NCBI RefSeq assembly: GCF_006345805.1
Contig: NC_043008.1
Coordinates: 64,356,001-64,420,000, forward strand
Source of the DNA: Octopus sinensis
Taxonomy: Eukaryota
Direction of reading: 5' to 3'
DNA length: 64,000 bases
In this document: positions 49,983 through 61,854 of the stretch, piece after piece
Layout: each line of letters opens with the position of its first letter
How positions within the stretch are numbered: position 1 is the stretch's first letter
Made by a program: the position numbers and the translations under genes
Notes under the pieces: generated by a model
Database searches by the model: none
What the model was told of the DNA's origin: nothing
Seen by the model: the letters and a program-made list of their open reading frames with translations, nothing else

Positions 49983-52900
49983 TCACAGGCGAAACCTGAG
50001 AACTGGTCCATTTATACAGGCCAGTCTCGCACAATTCACCCACCTTTCATAAAACTTGCTATCGGACAGCACTTTCCTCTCTAACCTCATCTTCCTTTTC
50101 AAGTGAAACTTGAAAAAGTTGATGAGGCCTTGACCAAAGAGGAAAGTGTCTGACTTTAGCCCTTTCAAACGAGTCCACCACACGACTTCTTTCGCCACAG
50201 CCACAGGCACAAGAAAACGGCCTCGCCCTCCTTGTTAAAGGAGGTCGGCGGGGCAATCTTCACTATGGATTCGGCCGATAGTCGGATCCGTCCTACACGT
50301 GACAGTAGCTGTTCGACATAAACCCATATTTCAGCAATACTCGGGCACTGGACGAGTGCGTGCAGAACGGTTTCGTCGTCGTCCTGGCAACACCTCGGGC
50401 AGGCCCGGCTGACGGCACTTCCGTGCCGGTAGAGTTTATCTCGAACAGGCAGAGCCCCTCGGTAGCACTGCCAGGCGAGAGACCTCTGGAAATTATCCAT
50501 CGGCCCCGGCCCGAAAGTCCTCCCGAACAGACCGCTCAGTTCGTCGTCTTCAACGCCTAGAGTTTCCCCGAGAACGTCGTCGCATTTTTCCTCCACTAAC
50601 CCTCTATAGAACGCTAGAGTGGAGCTGTAACCGACCGCATTGCCCGCCTGGCGGAGGGCGGAGAGGGCTTGACGGCACTCGAGGTGCCAAGCGCCCTTTC
50701 TCGGTCTACGTTTGATCCAGGTCTGCAGCTCCGTCAAAGAGACGAGCTGCGGAAAATCGCGTCTGACAAAAGACGACCACACCTGTTCACCGTCTAGGAA
50801 GCGCTTGAGATGCCGCAGCCTGAGCGCATGTCTGCGCAACAGCAACCACGGCATTCCAAGGCCTCCGTTCAGCGGTCGTTGACAGCAGATGGATCGCCTG
50901 ACCAGTGGCACCTGACCCTTCCACAAAAAGTCGAAGAGCAAGCGTACCAGCTTGGCCAACCAGCGGTCGGGACAAGGGACGACGGTCAAGCGGTAATAGA
51001 TGACGGATGCGATGTACGCATTCGCCACCTCCGCTCGACCTTTCAGGGACAGCTTCCTCTCGGCCCATTTCTGGGTGAGACGTGCCACCCTGCTCGTCAC
51101 CTCTTCCCAGTTCTTATCCACCTGGAGGTCCGGACCGAACCAGACCCCGAGCAGTTTAACGGGTCCGTCTGTCCAGCGCCCTACGACGCTGTTGGACGGC
51201 ATGGGCTTGCCTCTCCAGGTGCCCAGTTGCAAGCCCACAGACTTTTCCGCGTTAATCTTTGCCCCTGTCACCGCTACGTACTGGTTTAGCGTCTCGCCAA
51301 TCAGGCCAATGTGACGTCGTCGGCATAAGCAGACACGCTGTTTCCGCCTCCTAGATCGCGCGGGATGCCCCTCAAAGCCTCCAACTTGCGCAGTAATGGC
51401 TCGAGAGTCAAAATGTACAAGAGGGAGGAGAGTGGGCATCCTTGGCGGACCGAACGCGAGATGTCGAACGGTTCCGAAAGGTGACCGTTCACCCGTATCA
51501 CCGAGCAGATGTTGCTGTATAAAGCAGCGATCCACCCGCGGAAGACTGGACCGAAGCCGGCTGCCTTGAGGACAGCTGCCAGGTACCGATGGTCGACCCT
51601 ATCGAAGGCTTTACTCTGATCCAAGTTGATCAAAGCCCCACCCGCGCCAGCGTCGTTACCCACCCTCTCTATGATGTAGCGCATGAGATGGAGGTTGTCG
51701 TGTATCGACCTGGTCGGCACGGCGCATGTCTGCGTCCCGCCGACCAGCTTGTCCACGACAAGCGCCAATCTCTTGGCTAGCACCTTGGCCAAAATCTTCA
51801 ACTCTGCATTGAGCAGAGTGATGGGCCGGAAATTCCCTATAACGTCCCCCTTGTTTGGGTCCTTCTTTAGCAAAGCCACCACCCCTCGACAGACAAAAGC
51901 AGGAATTCTCCCGTTTTGCTGCCAGTTGCAGTAGACGTTTGCCAACAGGTCCGCAAACAAGTCTGGCATTGAAAAGTAAAGCTCGTAGGGCAGACCATCC
52001 AAACCCGGCGATCTACCTCTCGTGCAACTCTTCATCGCTTCCTGTACTTCCCAGGCAGATATCGGTCCTTCGCAGCACTCTGCCTCGCTGTCCGAGAGTT
52101 GCGGCAGTCCGTCCAGGTACACACCGAAGTCTGTACCGTTGGTGTCCGTTCCACCGCTCGTCCCAAACAGTTGAGCAAAGTGCCGCTGAAGCACCGTACA
52201 CATCTGCTTCGGTTGGGTAACCTCGCGCCCGTTCTGGTCCACCAAAGACCGAATGGTTGCTCTGTTGCCTCGCTTCGCCTCCGCCACGCGGGCCCATCGA
52301 GCGGCTCTAGTCCCCTCCCCGCTTAGCGAACGTGCCTTAGCTCTGACAACGCAGCCTTCGTGTTTGGCGTCGAAGTGTTGGTCGAGGGCCAACCTTGCCG
52401 CCAACACGTCGGTCGCGATGCCAGTGTCAAGAGCCTCGTCTAGTTTCTTAACTAAATCCCGCTCTCTCTTCCTACGTTCAATAGCTAGAGTCTTACTATA
52501 CCTAATCGACTCTACTCTAATTGCTCTCTTGAGGGCAAACCACCAGTTGTTGTTGATGATTGCCCCCGTGAGCGCCCGCTTAACTAGTAAACTAATCCGG
52601 TCTCTGTAAGCTTTGCACGCCGTTAACGACGCGTTCAGCTTCCAGTAGCCGGGTCCCTGTCTATGTAGCCTATCTAAGTCGACCGTACAGATCACTAATT
52701 TGTGGTCCGTATATTCGACTAGGTGGAATTGTGGACACCCTACGCTGTCCTTATCCGCTGGCCTACAAAACACTCTATCTAAGTACGATCTAGACGACCC
52801 GATGCGGTTTGTCCAAGTCCACATTGGCACATTCGGGTTGTCTAGTCGAAACCTGTCGGACAGCTGAAAGCGGCCGAGTAGGTTGGCGAGGCTCTTGCAC

Positions 52901-53394
52901 CCTCCCCCTCTCCTATCAGACGCTCCCCTGCCCACCCGATCGAAACGTTCGTCTAAGACAGCGTTCCAATCCCCAACTAGTACTAGAGTGCGTGACGTTC
53001 CCAGGAAAACTTCCAGACGTTTGAAATAATCCGACTGCCCTGCTCCTGTCGGAGCGTAGGCAGCCAGCAGTCTGAAAGCACCGCCGTCACTACCGTCGAC
53101 GTCGAGGACCACCAACTTACCTTCCGGATCCAAGAAGACTGTCCTTATTTTCAGGTCCAGGCCCTTCCGAAACAACACCGCAGTACCACCACCGCCCGCT
53201 CCCGGCCGACACGGAGATAGAAATATCTCGTATCCGCCGAAAAGGGCTGCGAGTTCCTGCGGGTCGGAGAGCCTGGTTTCACTGATGGCTGCTACATCCA
53301 CATCATGAAACCTCAGGTCGTTTAACAGGTGACCCTGTTTCCAAGGTGACCCGAGGCCTCTCACATTCAAGCAACCGATTCTAAGATTTGCCAT
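49983..53394 (-). pseudogene. LINE ORF2: APE endonuclease, reverse transcriptase and C-terminal zinc finger; two frame disruptions
   Basis: LNVRGL...ISETRL...VGDWNA...YLDRVF...TDHK (APE); PGLDGLP, FRPITLLN, LDQSKAFDRV, RQGCPLS, YADD (RT); CPRC...ETVLHALVQC. The frame shifts just after YADDVT (about 51310) and at about 50204. Confidence 0.93.
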
Positions 53395-53434
53395 GTTTCA
53401 AAAGTTAGGGGGAAAAAAAAGGAGAAAAAAGGCT

Positions 53435-54260
53435 CTACTTACTGTTGTTGGTGGTGGGGGTGGCTCCCTTGTGCTTTTGCACGGGTGCTTCAATAATATT
53501 TTTGTAAAGTTTCTGAGAGAAACTTTTCCCTAACGATCCCACATCGTTAGGGAATATTTGTTTTATTTCGTTGTAAACTGTTTTGTTTATTTTTATTGTG
53601 AGAATGTGTGCTGGTGGTGTGTTGTGTGTAGGTATTATGAAATCTGTAATGTTTGTGCTTGTTTTGTTTTTCAAATACTCAACCAGTTCCTGGTTTCTTG
53701 TATTCACTGCTGTAATCGTGTCTGTAATTGTGTCTGTGTTTGTTTGTGTCTGTGGTAGTGGCAGTAGTGGTGTCGAAAGTGTTGTTGTTGTTGTTGTTTG
53801 TTGTTGTGAGTGTGTGTTGTTGTTGATGTTGTTGTTGATGTTGGGAAGTACTATTTGTTCGTGCTTCCCCTGTAAATCTTTTTGTTTTTTCCTCCTTTTC
53901 TTTTTTGGAGGTACTATGTTCCATTCTCCTTTGTTGGAATCAGAGCTCGCACAATCCGAGATCTCTTCATCCGGCAAAGGAATGGTTGAGGGGTCTGCTT
54001 CAGTAGCAGGACGAAAAGTTTTTGGTTCCGCCGGTATCGGTGGTGCCGCTGCTCCTGTTACTGTTGATGTCGCTGCTGTCGACCTTCGAGGTACTGGTGT
54101 CGGTGTTGGTTTGCTGGTGGTTGTCGGTGTTGGTTTGGTGGTGGTTGTTGTTGTTGGAGGTGGTGTTGTTCGTCTTGGTGCTGGTGTTGGTGATGGTGTT
54201 GGTGGTGTGGCAGCCTTTGGTGTTTCTTGCTGTTTTTGTTGTTTCTGTTGTTGTTGCTTG

Positions 54261-54297
<37 letters not shown>

Positions 54298-55321
54298 GCT
54301 GCTGCCTCTTGCTGAAAGCCTCCATCCTCTTTTTGTGAATGGGACAGTCCCTCTTTAAGTGGCTTTCGCTGCTGCAGAGAAAACATTTTGGCTTTCGCCC
54401 CTCCACAGCAACGTTTAGCCTGGTGCCGTCCGGCAAACTTACGAAATCAGGGATTTTACTTATATTCTCTTGCTGAATTTGCGCAAGAAGCAGCACTCCC
54501 ATCCCCAACCAGTTTTTCGCCCTCACTCTCCTGACATCTAGAATGGTGGTAGTGTCCTCTATATCATAGAGGACAGCTGCCACCAGCCATGACATATTTA
54601 GCTCAGGGGGGACGAGGTCGATTTTTATTTTTGTTACTCTTCGCCCGAGGTGGGTCGGAATTAGTAACAAATTCTCAGTTTGCAAGGGCGAAATGGCGTT
54701 CGCCCTTGCAAGCTCCTCTGTTGGGAAGCGAACCTCCACGGTTCCAAAACGCTTCCCCTTGGTTACGTAGCTCTTTTGGGCCCAAATGGGCTTTAGAGCT
54801 ATCTCCAACTGTTGGGGTGTGGCATTTGTTATTCTTTTTAGTTTTCTGTCGAAAACTTTGTAAATTATTGTTTGCTTGTTGGTGCTTTCAATCACCTCTT
54901 GTGGAGTATTGAGGAAGATACCATTGCCATCCTTCCTTAACAATTCCTTCGCTCTTTTCACATCTTCTAGAGTTATCTTAACTTCCTCCGAAATTTGCTT
55001 CGCAGCAGAAGCAAAATTGTTGGAAGTTTTTTCTTTTATCTCCGTGTCAATGTTGTGATGATTTTTTTGTATTTGTTTTTTTTCCTCCTCCTTCCGTACC
55101 AAAGCATTAGGTGAAGGCAGAGGGGGAAAATCGAGAATTACGTCGAACGCGACGTCCTGGCTTGCATTCTCCTTTTGAACGGAGCTCGTGCTCTGCGGTT
55201 CGGAAGGAGAATCTTTGTTGCCTTTTAAGGCGTGAAGTGGGTGTTTTGTACGAGTTGTGTGTGTTTGCGGAGGGAGTGTATCTTGAAGGAAGGAACAGCC
55301 AACTGTTCGCTTCATAGCCAT
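53435..55321 (-). CDS. LINE ORF1 protein (628 aa): RRM-like region, CCHC zinc knuckle, polyQ and T/P-rich tail
   Basis: Uninterrupted ORF; GTVEVRFPT RRM-like segment; VEGRKPKCFLCSSESHLKRDC (CX2CX4HX4C); PPKKKRRKK basic motif. Confidence 0.88.
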
Positions 55322-55555
55322 GTTTTTTTTTTGTTGTAATATTCAAAATGTTGAAAAATGTCAAATGTTCAAAATTTTCAAACGCAATTTCACCCCGAAT
55401 GGGGCAAAATTTCGCCCAACCGACGAGCTCCGCAAGAAGCCGGTCGGTTTGGCTACAAAAATATTTAAAAATATTCAAACCTAACAATAGATTTCCAATG
55501 AAATTGGTGTCAAATTCACGGAGCTGATTCACGTACGTCCATCGGCGTCGGAAGG

Positions 55556-55559
55556 AATA

Positions 55560-55590
<31 letters not shown>

Positions 55591-55625
55591 GCAACAACAA
55601 CAACAGCAACCACAACAACAACAGC

Positions 55626-55677
<52 letters not shown>

Positions 55678-55710
55678 TAATAATAATAATAATAATAATA
55701 ACATTAATAA
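55556..55710. repeat. (AAT)n/(CAA)n microsatellite, right flank of the LINE
   Basis: Directly visible. Confidence 0.95.
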
Positions 55711-55711
55711 T

Positions 55712-55917
55712 GATTTCAGGTTTTGGTACAAGGCCAGCTATTTTGGGGATAGGCTGATTACATCCACTCCAGTGTTCAATTAATACGTATTTTATCGACC
55801 CCGAAAGGATGAAAGGCAAACTTGTCCTCGTTGGAATTTGAACTGAGAACGTAAAGACAAACAAATGCCTCTAAGCATTTTACCCGGCTTACTAACGATT
55901 CTGCCAGCTCTCTACCT
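55712..55917 (-). mobile_element. SINE family A copy, 3' end followed by (TTA)n on its sense strand
   Basis: Reverse-complement body GGATGAAAGGCAAAC...AATTTGAACTGAGAACG; head TCTGCCAGCTC. Confidence 0.8.
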
Positions 55918-55959
55918 TAACAGCAATAATAATACTAGAAGAACTGGTGTGAACGTTTG

Positions 55960-56390
55960 TAATGATAGTCAAACATGCGAAGGGACTTTAGCAAGACCAT
56001 GTCATATCCCTTTCCAAAGCTTCTTGGCAAGTGGTATACTTTCCAGAAACTTAAAGGAAGCCATAATATGTCCTACCCGTAAAGGAAGAAGCAGAGCAGA
56101 TGCTAAATATGATAGCCCTGACTCTCTAACCTGACATATCAGCAAAGTCATGGAGCAAATTGCCAAGAAGATGCAGATTACATTCATAGAAGATAATAAC
56201 TTGCTTCCTAACATCCATGGCTTCCACTCAGAAAGAATCTGTCTTATACAGCTTCGGGAGTATCATGACTGGGTGTTGAAACAGCTTATGAATTTGATGA
56301 AGCATGAATGTGATATATCTCACTGAAGCCTTTGATAAGGTTGATCACAGGATGATATGTCACAAGCCATGAAACCTCAGCATAGTCGGA
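55960..56390 (+). pseudogene. CR1-type LINE RT N-terminal fragment
   Basis: SFLASGIL.RNLKEAIICP..KG.SRADAK, HISKVMEQI, HGF..ICLIQL.EYHDWVLKQL, AFDKVDH motifs with frameshifts. Confidence 0.75.
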
Positions 56391-56940
56391 AGACCATATA
56401 CACTAACATAAATACACAAACACATGAATATACAAAATACATACATACATAGAAAAAAGTACACACATGCATACATATATATACTCATAAATGCATACAC
56501 CCATACATAATACATACATAGATACATGCATACATACATACATACATCATACATACATACATACATACATACATACATACATACATACATAAAACATACA
56601 TACATACATACATATGTGTATACACATGCACGCTGACACGCACACATGCGCACAAACAAGCAAGCAAAAAGAAATATAGTAACACTTCGCCTTACGAGGA
56701 CTCGCTTCACGAGACCTCGGGTTTGGGAGTTTTATTTTTCAAGCACAAGATTTAAATTTTGAACGAACCATAACAAATGCTTCAGCGTGTTACCAGGAAA
56801 TTTATAGAGAGCGAAAAAAAAGCTTCTTCCAAGCAAACAAATCTAGACTTGTCTTTTAAAAAGAAATCTACAGGTCCGCCTACGAGTTCTTGTGAATCGA
56901 CGATACGTGTACACATATGTCCTAGATACATGTACACACA

Positions 56941-57075
56941 TCGTATACATAAATGACAATTTCTGTCTGTCGACGTGTTTGTTACCATCTTGCTGCCTAC
57001 ACCAGTGAACCAATCTTGACGAAACTTTGCATACATGTTAAATTAACATCCAGTTTAATTGAATTTCAATAAAAA
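56941..57075 (+). mobile_element. Helitron-like MITE 5' end fragment
   Basis: A|TCGTATACATAAATG...CCAATCTTGACGAAACTTTGCATAC, organised like the 5' end of the 47255-47666 element. Confidence 0.4.
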
Positions 57076-57464
57076 TCTATAATGGGCCTATTATTTGAGA
57101 AAATGAGAAAGGTGCAACAGTGTTAGTGTGAGGGAAATGTGGTGGCATAGTGAGTTTGGCTGATATCAGACAAGGAGAGAACAGCGTTATGTCAGTGAAA
57201 AATATGGAGTGGCAGTAGGAAGAAACGTTAAAACAGCTGTCATTCAGGGATATACATGCGACGCTGCATACATACTTTTGTAAATGCATAGATATATGCA
57301 CGCACACGTATACAGACGCATACACACACACACATATAACTTTTAAAAAACCGTAGAAGGGAATCAAAGGTGGGTGTGAGGAATACGTAGCTTTAAGAAG
57401 AGTGGCTTTTCTGCTGTCCAACGCTAAGAAACACTCACACAGACACCAACCACACACGGACGCG

Positions 57465-57508
<44 letters not shown>

Positions 57509-57587
57509 CATATGTACATACATACAAATGTCTACTATACACCATTTGTAAATGTGTGTTTCAGTGCGTGCGTATGTGTATGTTTGT

Positions 57588-57638
<51 letters not shown>

Positions 57639-58080
57639 AGGTGTTTTATAACTGTCTAGCTACTTTTGTAGGGTCTTCCTTGTTGCTGTCACATATTGTG
57701 AAATTTTAAGATTATGTCAAAATTTTCAAATATGGTATATTGAAATAATTTTCCATGTTAAATCCGATTTTGTTACTTATTTGTTCCAGAAAAATTTCAG
57801 AAAATGTTACTGAAATTTAAAGTTTAATCAATTTTACCTAATCAGAAAACACGATTTGAAAGCTAGCATTTTCTGCATGATAGCTGTCTATCACAAAATG
57901 AAAGCAAAATCGTTACGTGGAAGAATTTTTATTAAAGAAACGAAAGTATAGCATTACGACGACCAAAGCTGTAAGAACTTCTAAAATTTTAATAAGTTTT
58001 AATGAACAAAATCATGTGAAGTGGTCGAACAGACATGTAAATAATTTAAAAAGGAAAAAAATTCTCAACCAAGTTTTTTT

Positions 58081-58495
58081 TATTTCTTTACTGCCCACTA
58101 GGGGCTACACACAGAGGGGACGAACAAAGACAAACAATCGGATTAATTCGATTATATCGACCCCAGTGTGTAACTGGTATTTATTTAATCGGCCCCGAAA
58201 GGATGAAAGGCAAAGTCGACCTCGGCGGAATTTGAACTCAGAACGTAACGGTAGTCGAAATACCTATTTCTTTATTGCCCACAAGAGGCTACACACAGAG
58301 GGGACAAACAAGGACAGACAAACGGATTAAGTCGATTATATCGACCGCAGTGCATAACTGGTACTTATTTAATCGACTTTAAAAGGATGAAAGGCAAAGT
58401 CGACCTCGGCGGAATTTGAACTCACAACGTAACGGCAGACGAAATACGGCTACGTATTTCGCACGGCATGCTAACGTTTCTGCCAGCTCGCCGCC
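58081..58495 (-). mobile_element. Dimeric SINE family A (full monomer plus B-box-to-tail monomer), low divergence
   Basis: Minus strand GGCGGCGAGCTGGCAGAAACG...; after GTGGGCAATAAAGAAATAG the sequence restarts at GTATTTCG...GAGTTCAAATTCCGCC. Confidence 0.9.
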
Positions 58496-61400
58496 TTCAA
58501 TAAAGTTTTTTTTGCGAAACATTGCACAAATCTGTGCTGATCAAGAGGCCTACCTGTAGAAGGCACGGTCTGACATGGAATAAGCAAAAATTTATATAAG
58601 ACATTCTATTGTAAAAATTGCCCAGCAGCGAAGGGCTATTCAGCTAGAATTACATATAACATAAAGAGTCAAGATTATATACGCGCGCGTGTGTGTGTGT
58701 GCGTACGGTTGCATGTGTATGCGTATATGTGTATCTGTTATATAAGTAGATATGAGAGTGTATGCATGTGTGGTTGTGTATGCAGATCAAGAAGGAATGG
58801 TGTGAATGTCCTGTTGACATAAGACGTAGTATAAACCCCACCCCATCCCAGTATCTCCTATTCCCATGCTATGTTCGCTGTAGCCGCTATATCGGACATG
58901 TCGTGACAGATAGGAAATCCATTGGATATTTCACCTTTCCGATAAGAACGTCCATTGTAGCAACTTGAAATGTCTTTGATTTCACTTAAACACGAAATGT
59001 CAAGCTACGGCTGTGTATTTGTCAGTATATCAGTCTCTATAGGATGATTAAGATTTAAAGTCAGGATTGAAATCCAGTGGAGAAGTAGACGGTTTTATCA
59101 ATATAACATCAACACCCTTGTGCTGTCGTTACAGTTGTTGTTTAGCCCCAGGCAGCCCCGATCGAATAACCTTTGGCTCAAAGTTGTTCCAGTTATAATC
59201 ATCTTATATATTTTTCTTTTTCAGAGAATCTATTCGGTTAACGAGTATGTAATGCTCTTTATTTCTGTTAAACCCCAATGTATAATTTGTGAGAGATTTG
59301 ACTGCTATTATTTGCAGATCGAGCAAACACATAGAACCACCTTGTTGATTGTGGGGTTTAAAATTTAGTAAGGGATGGTTTGATGGTGGACCATCAATCG
59401 TTATCATAATGGATAAGGCAGCTATTTTTGTCATTGTTCCTCCTAGGCCTCAGGCCTTCATCAAGATGACACATGAAAAATTTCCCAGCCACAACTATCA
59501 GACATTGGTGTTTTGTATATCAGCGATTGAAGTGACCAATATTTACTTCTTTATTTAAAAGGCTTCAATGTGATTTGAGGAAATTGTGAGCTATTTCTTG
59601 CAGGCCAAGCAAGTGAGTTGCGCCCTGCATTTTACTGAATTTTTTTTTTATTTGGGTTCCGAAAATACTCGGTTCTCTATTTGACTTGAATAATAGCATT
59701 AAAGCATAGCCTAAAAAATGTTATGCTACATATGTAAAGAAAATATGGTGACAACAGTTAGACATATATCTAATACAAGATAATATTGGCAGTTGCCATC
59801 TGTGATATATTATTCAAGATCCACGTTTTTGTAATTGTCTTTGTAAGTGTAATGCTGTTTCCTATACAACTATAATTAAAGTTTATGTTTCTTAAACACA
59901 TTTGTACAGCCTTACCACGTAGTCAAGAGGTTAGAGTTATTCACTTTTCTCGAGCTGTTTCAGTTCAATTCTTTTAGAAGGAAACAGTGAAAAGATCCCA
60001 AGTAGTGAAAGCATTGTAAAGTTGCAACAAAAGCCGCGCAAGCTACCACAGGTTGTAGGCGTGAAGAACAAATACTCTGTTTTCAGATGGCTTCATATGT
60101 TGCCTATTAAAATTATCTACAAAAAGTCTGATTAGCTCCAGCCAGTCTCAAATCTATTTTGCCCCCTTCTTCACGATGTACATATTTGTTTTTCGTGTAT
60201 GTGTAAATATTCCTATTTGTGCTTACAAAATATGACAGCAAAAGTGATAATGGAGAATCATATTTATTTAGTAAGTGAAATCATCAGTGACAGTGGTGTT
60301 AAAAGTGCAGTAACTACATCTATTAGGAGTGATTTTAACATCTTAAAGACATATAAAAACTATTAGATTAATTCGCAATTTATAAAAGATGGCCCTTATT
60401 CGGTATTTCTGGGGAAACTATAATGGAATGAGGTGGCAGATTTTATAGGATTTTTTTATCCTTAATACTCATCGAATACACTGGAGTTTCATATTTCATA
60501 CTTCCGGATTGTGTAGCGATGATAGGTTAGCTGTATCATATCATTCGTATGGCAAGGCGATGGATAGATTCAGGAAGGAATTTTTAAAATATTTACGTTA
60601 TACAAATAGGCACAATAAAAAGAAAAAAACCCATCATAACCAGTAACTCTGGCTTGTATTTTGGAGGATATTCACAGAGCTCGACTTTGATGAAGGAGAT
60701 CAGTCGTTACAAGGAAACAGCACATAGATATCACTGCCAAATAGGTTGACCAACAGTATTTATCAGATAATGATACTGGCCACATGCTTTGTGAATAAGA
60801 AAGTAATTAGGACAAAGAAAATAACAGTTGAAAATTGGATTTGGGAATGAATCGTAAACTGGGCAGTATATAAATTAACCATTCCTACTATGTTACACAC
60901 TTGTAAGACGATGTGAAATAAACTTAGATAAGAGCGAAGATAATCTTGTCTTACTTCAAACAACGGCGTACATATAGATACAAAATACATAAAATAATGT
61001 GGAATAGCAACTTGATTAAATATATAAGTGCACTGAAGCCAGTCCTGATAATAATGTAATCCAATAACATAGTATTAAAATAAGATACTAGCGTATGTAA
61101 GGATTTTCATTACACTGACACATTACACAAGACACTCACTACAATCGTTGGATATTCTTACTCAAAGATGTCTGTATAGAAAGCACTTTTGTAACGCATT
61201 TTTCAAATCCTCCAACAAGCTAATTCTTGAACAATTTCTTTAAAGTCTTGAACAAGAGTTGGACGTACAGTTATAAATAATTTGCCTAGAATAAGAACAT
61301 TCTGAACATTGACATTTCCTGGGTTGTATCTTGGATCACGGAAGGTTTTGTAATAATACATTGCAAATGTACGCCATATTTTATACCAGCAATTTATTAT

Positions 61401-61854
61401 TTCTCATACTGCTTCTATGTCTGCTCCAAACTAGTATACATTTAATTCTACACCAGCAAAATGAAAAATGGATTTCTAGTCCAGTTAGTTGCTTTTGCTT
61501 AATATCCGATTATTTCTGAGTGAACAAGCCTAAAATCAGTTGCTACCGCTTTTATTTTATATTGTGCCAAATGCGCTATTATTTTTAGGATGCTAGATCA
61601 TAATTTGAGGGAAATTTTTCTCTAGTTTAGCAGGTCAGCTTATCCCTAAAAAAAGGCCTTCTCATTCATCTGAATCCAATAGGTCGAAATACTGTCTAGA
61701 AACATAAATCGGGATGCTCGCTTGAAACACTGGAATTGGTAATTTACAGTCCAGGTAAAAAATTTATCCACAGTATTCTTGAGTTCAATAAATCACAGGT
61801 TAATTTACACACCATTTAAAAACATAGACTACTTTTTTAAAGTTTTTTATTCAT

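Larger units (their letters stand above)
49707..55555 (-). mobile_element. Full-length L1/Tx1-clade non-LTR retrotransposon (about 5.85 kb) inserted in (AAT)n
   Basis: 5'UTR 55322-55555, ORF1, 40-nt spacer, ORF2 (APE-RT-CCHC), 3'UTR with AATAAA at about 49716-49721; (AAT)n on both flanks. Confidence 0.93.

Noticed and set aside
50360-53024. Antisense and alternate-frame ORFs within ORF2 and ORF1
   Set aside because: Shadow ORFs expected in GC-rich or low-complexity coding DNA; no motifs.
53379-53440. Apparent 62-nt intron (GTAAGT...CTAAC...TTAG) bridging ORF1 and ORF2
   Set aside because: Splicing would join phase 1 to phase 2 (out of frame). The next in-frame AG removes the conserved APE N-terminal NVRG motif, and the pyrimidine tract lies upstream of the branch-like site.
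60763-61420. Hydrophobic minus-strand frames resembling GPCR/multi-pass fragments (e.g. CWYKIWRT...)
   Set aside because: Short, broken in every frame and explained by T-richness; no GPCR signature motifs or splice framework.
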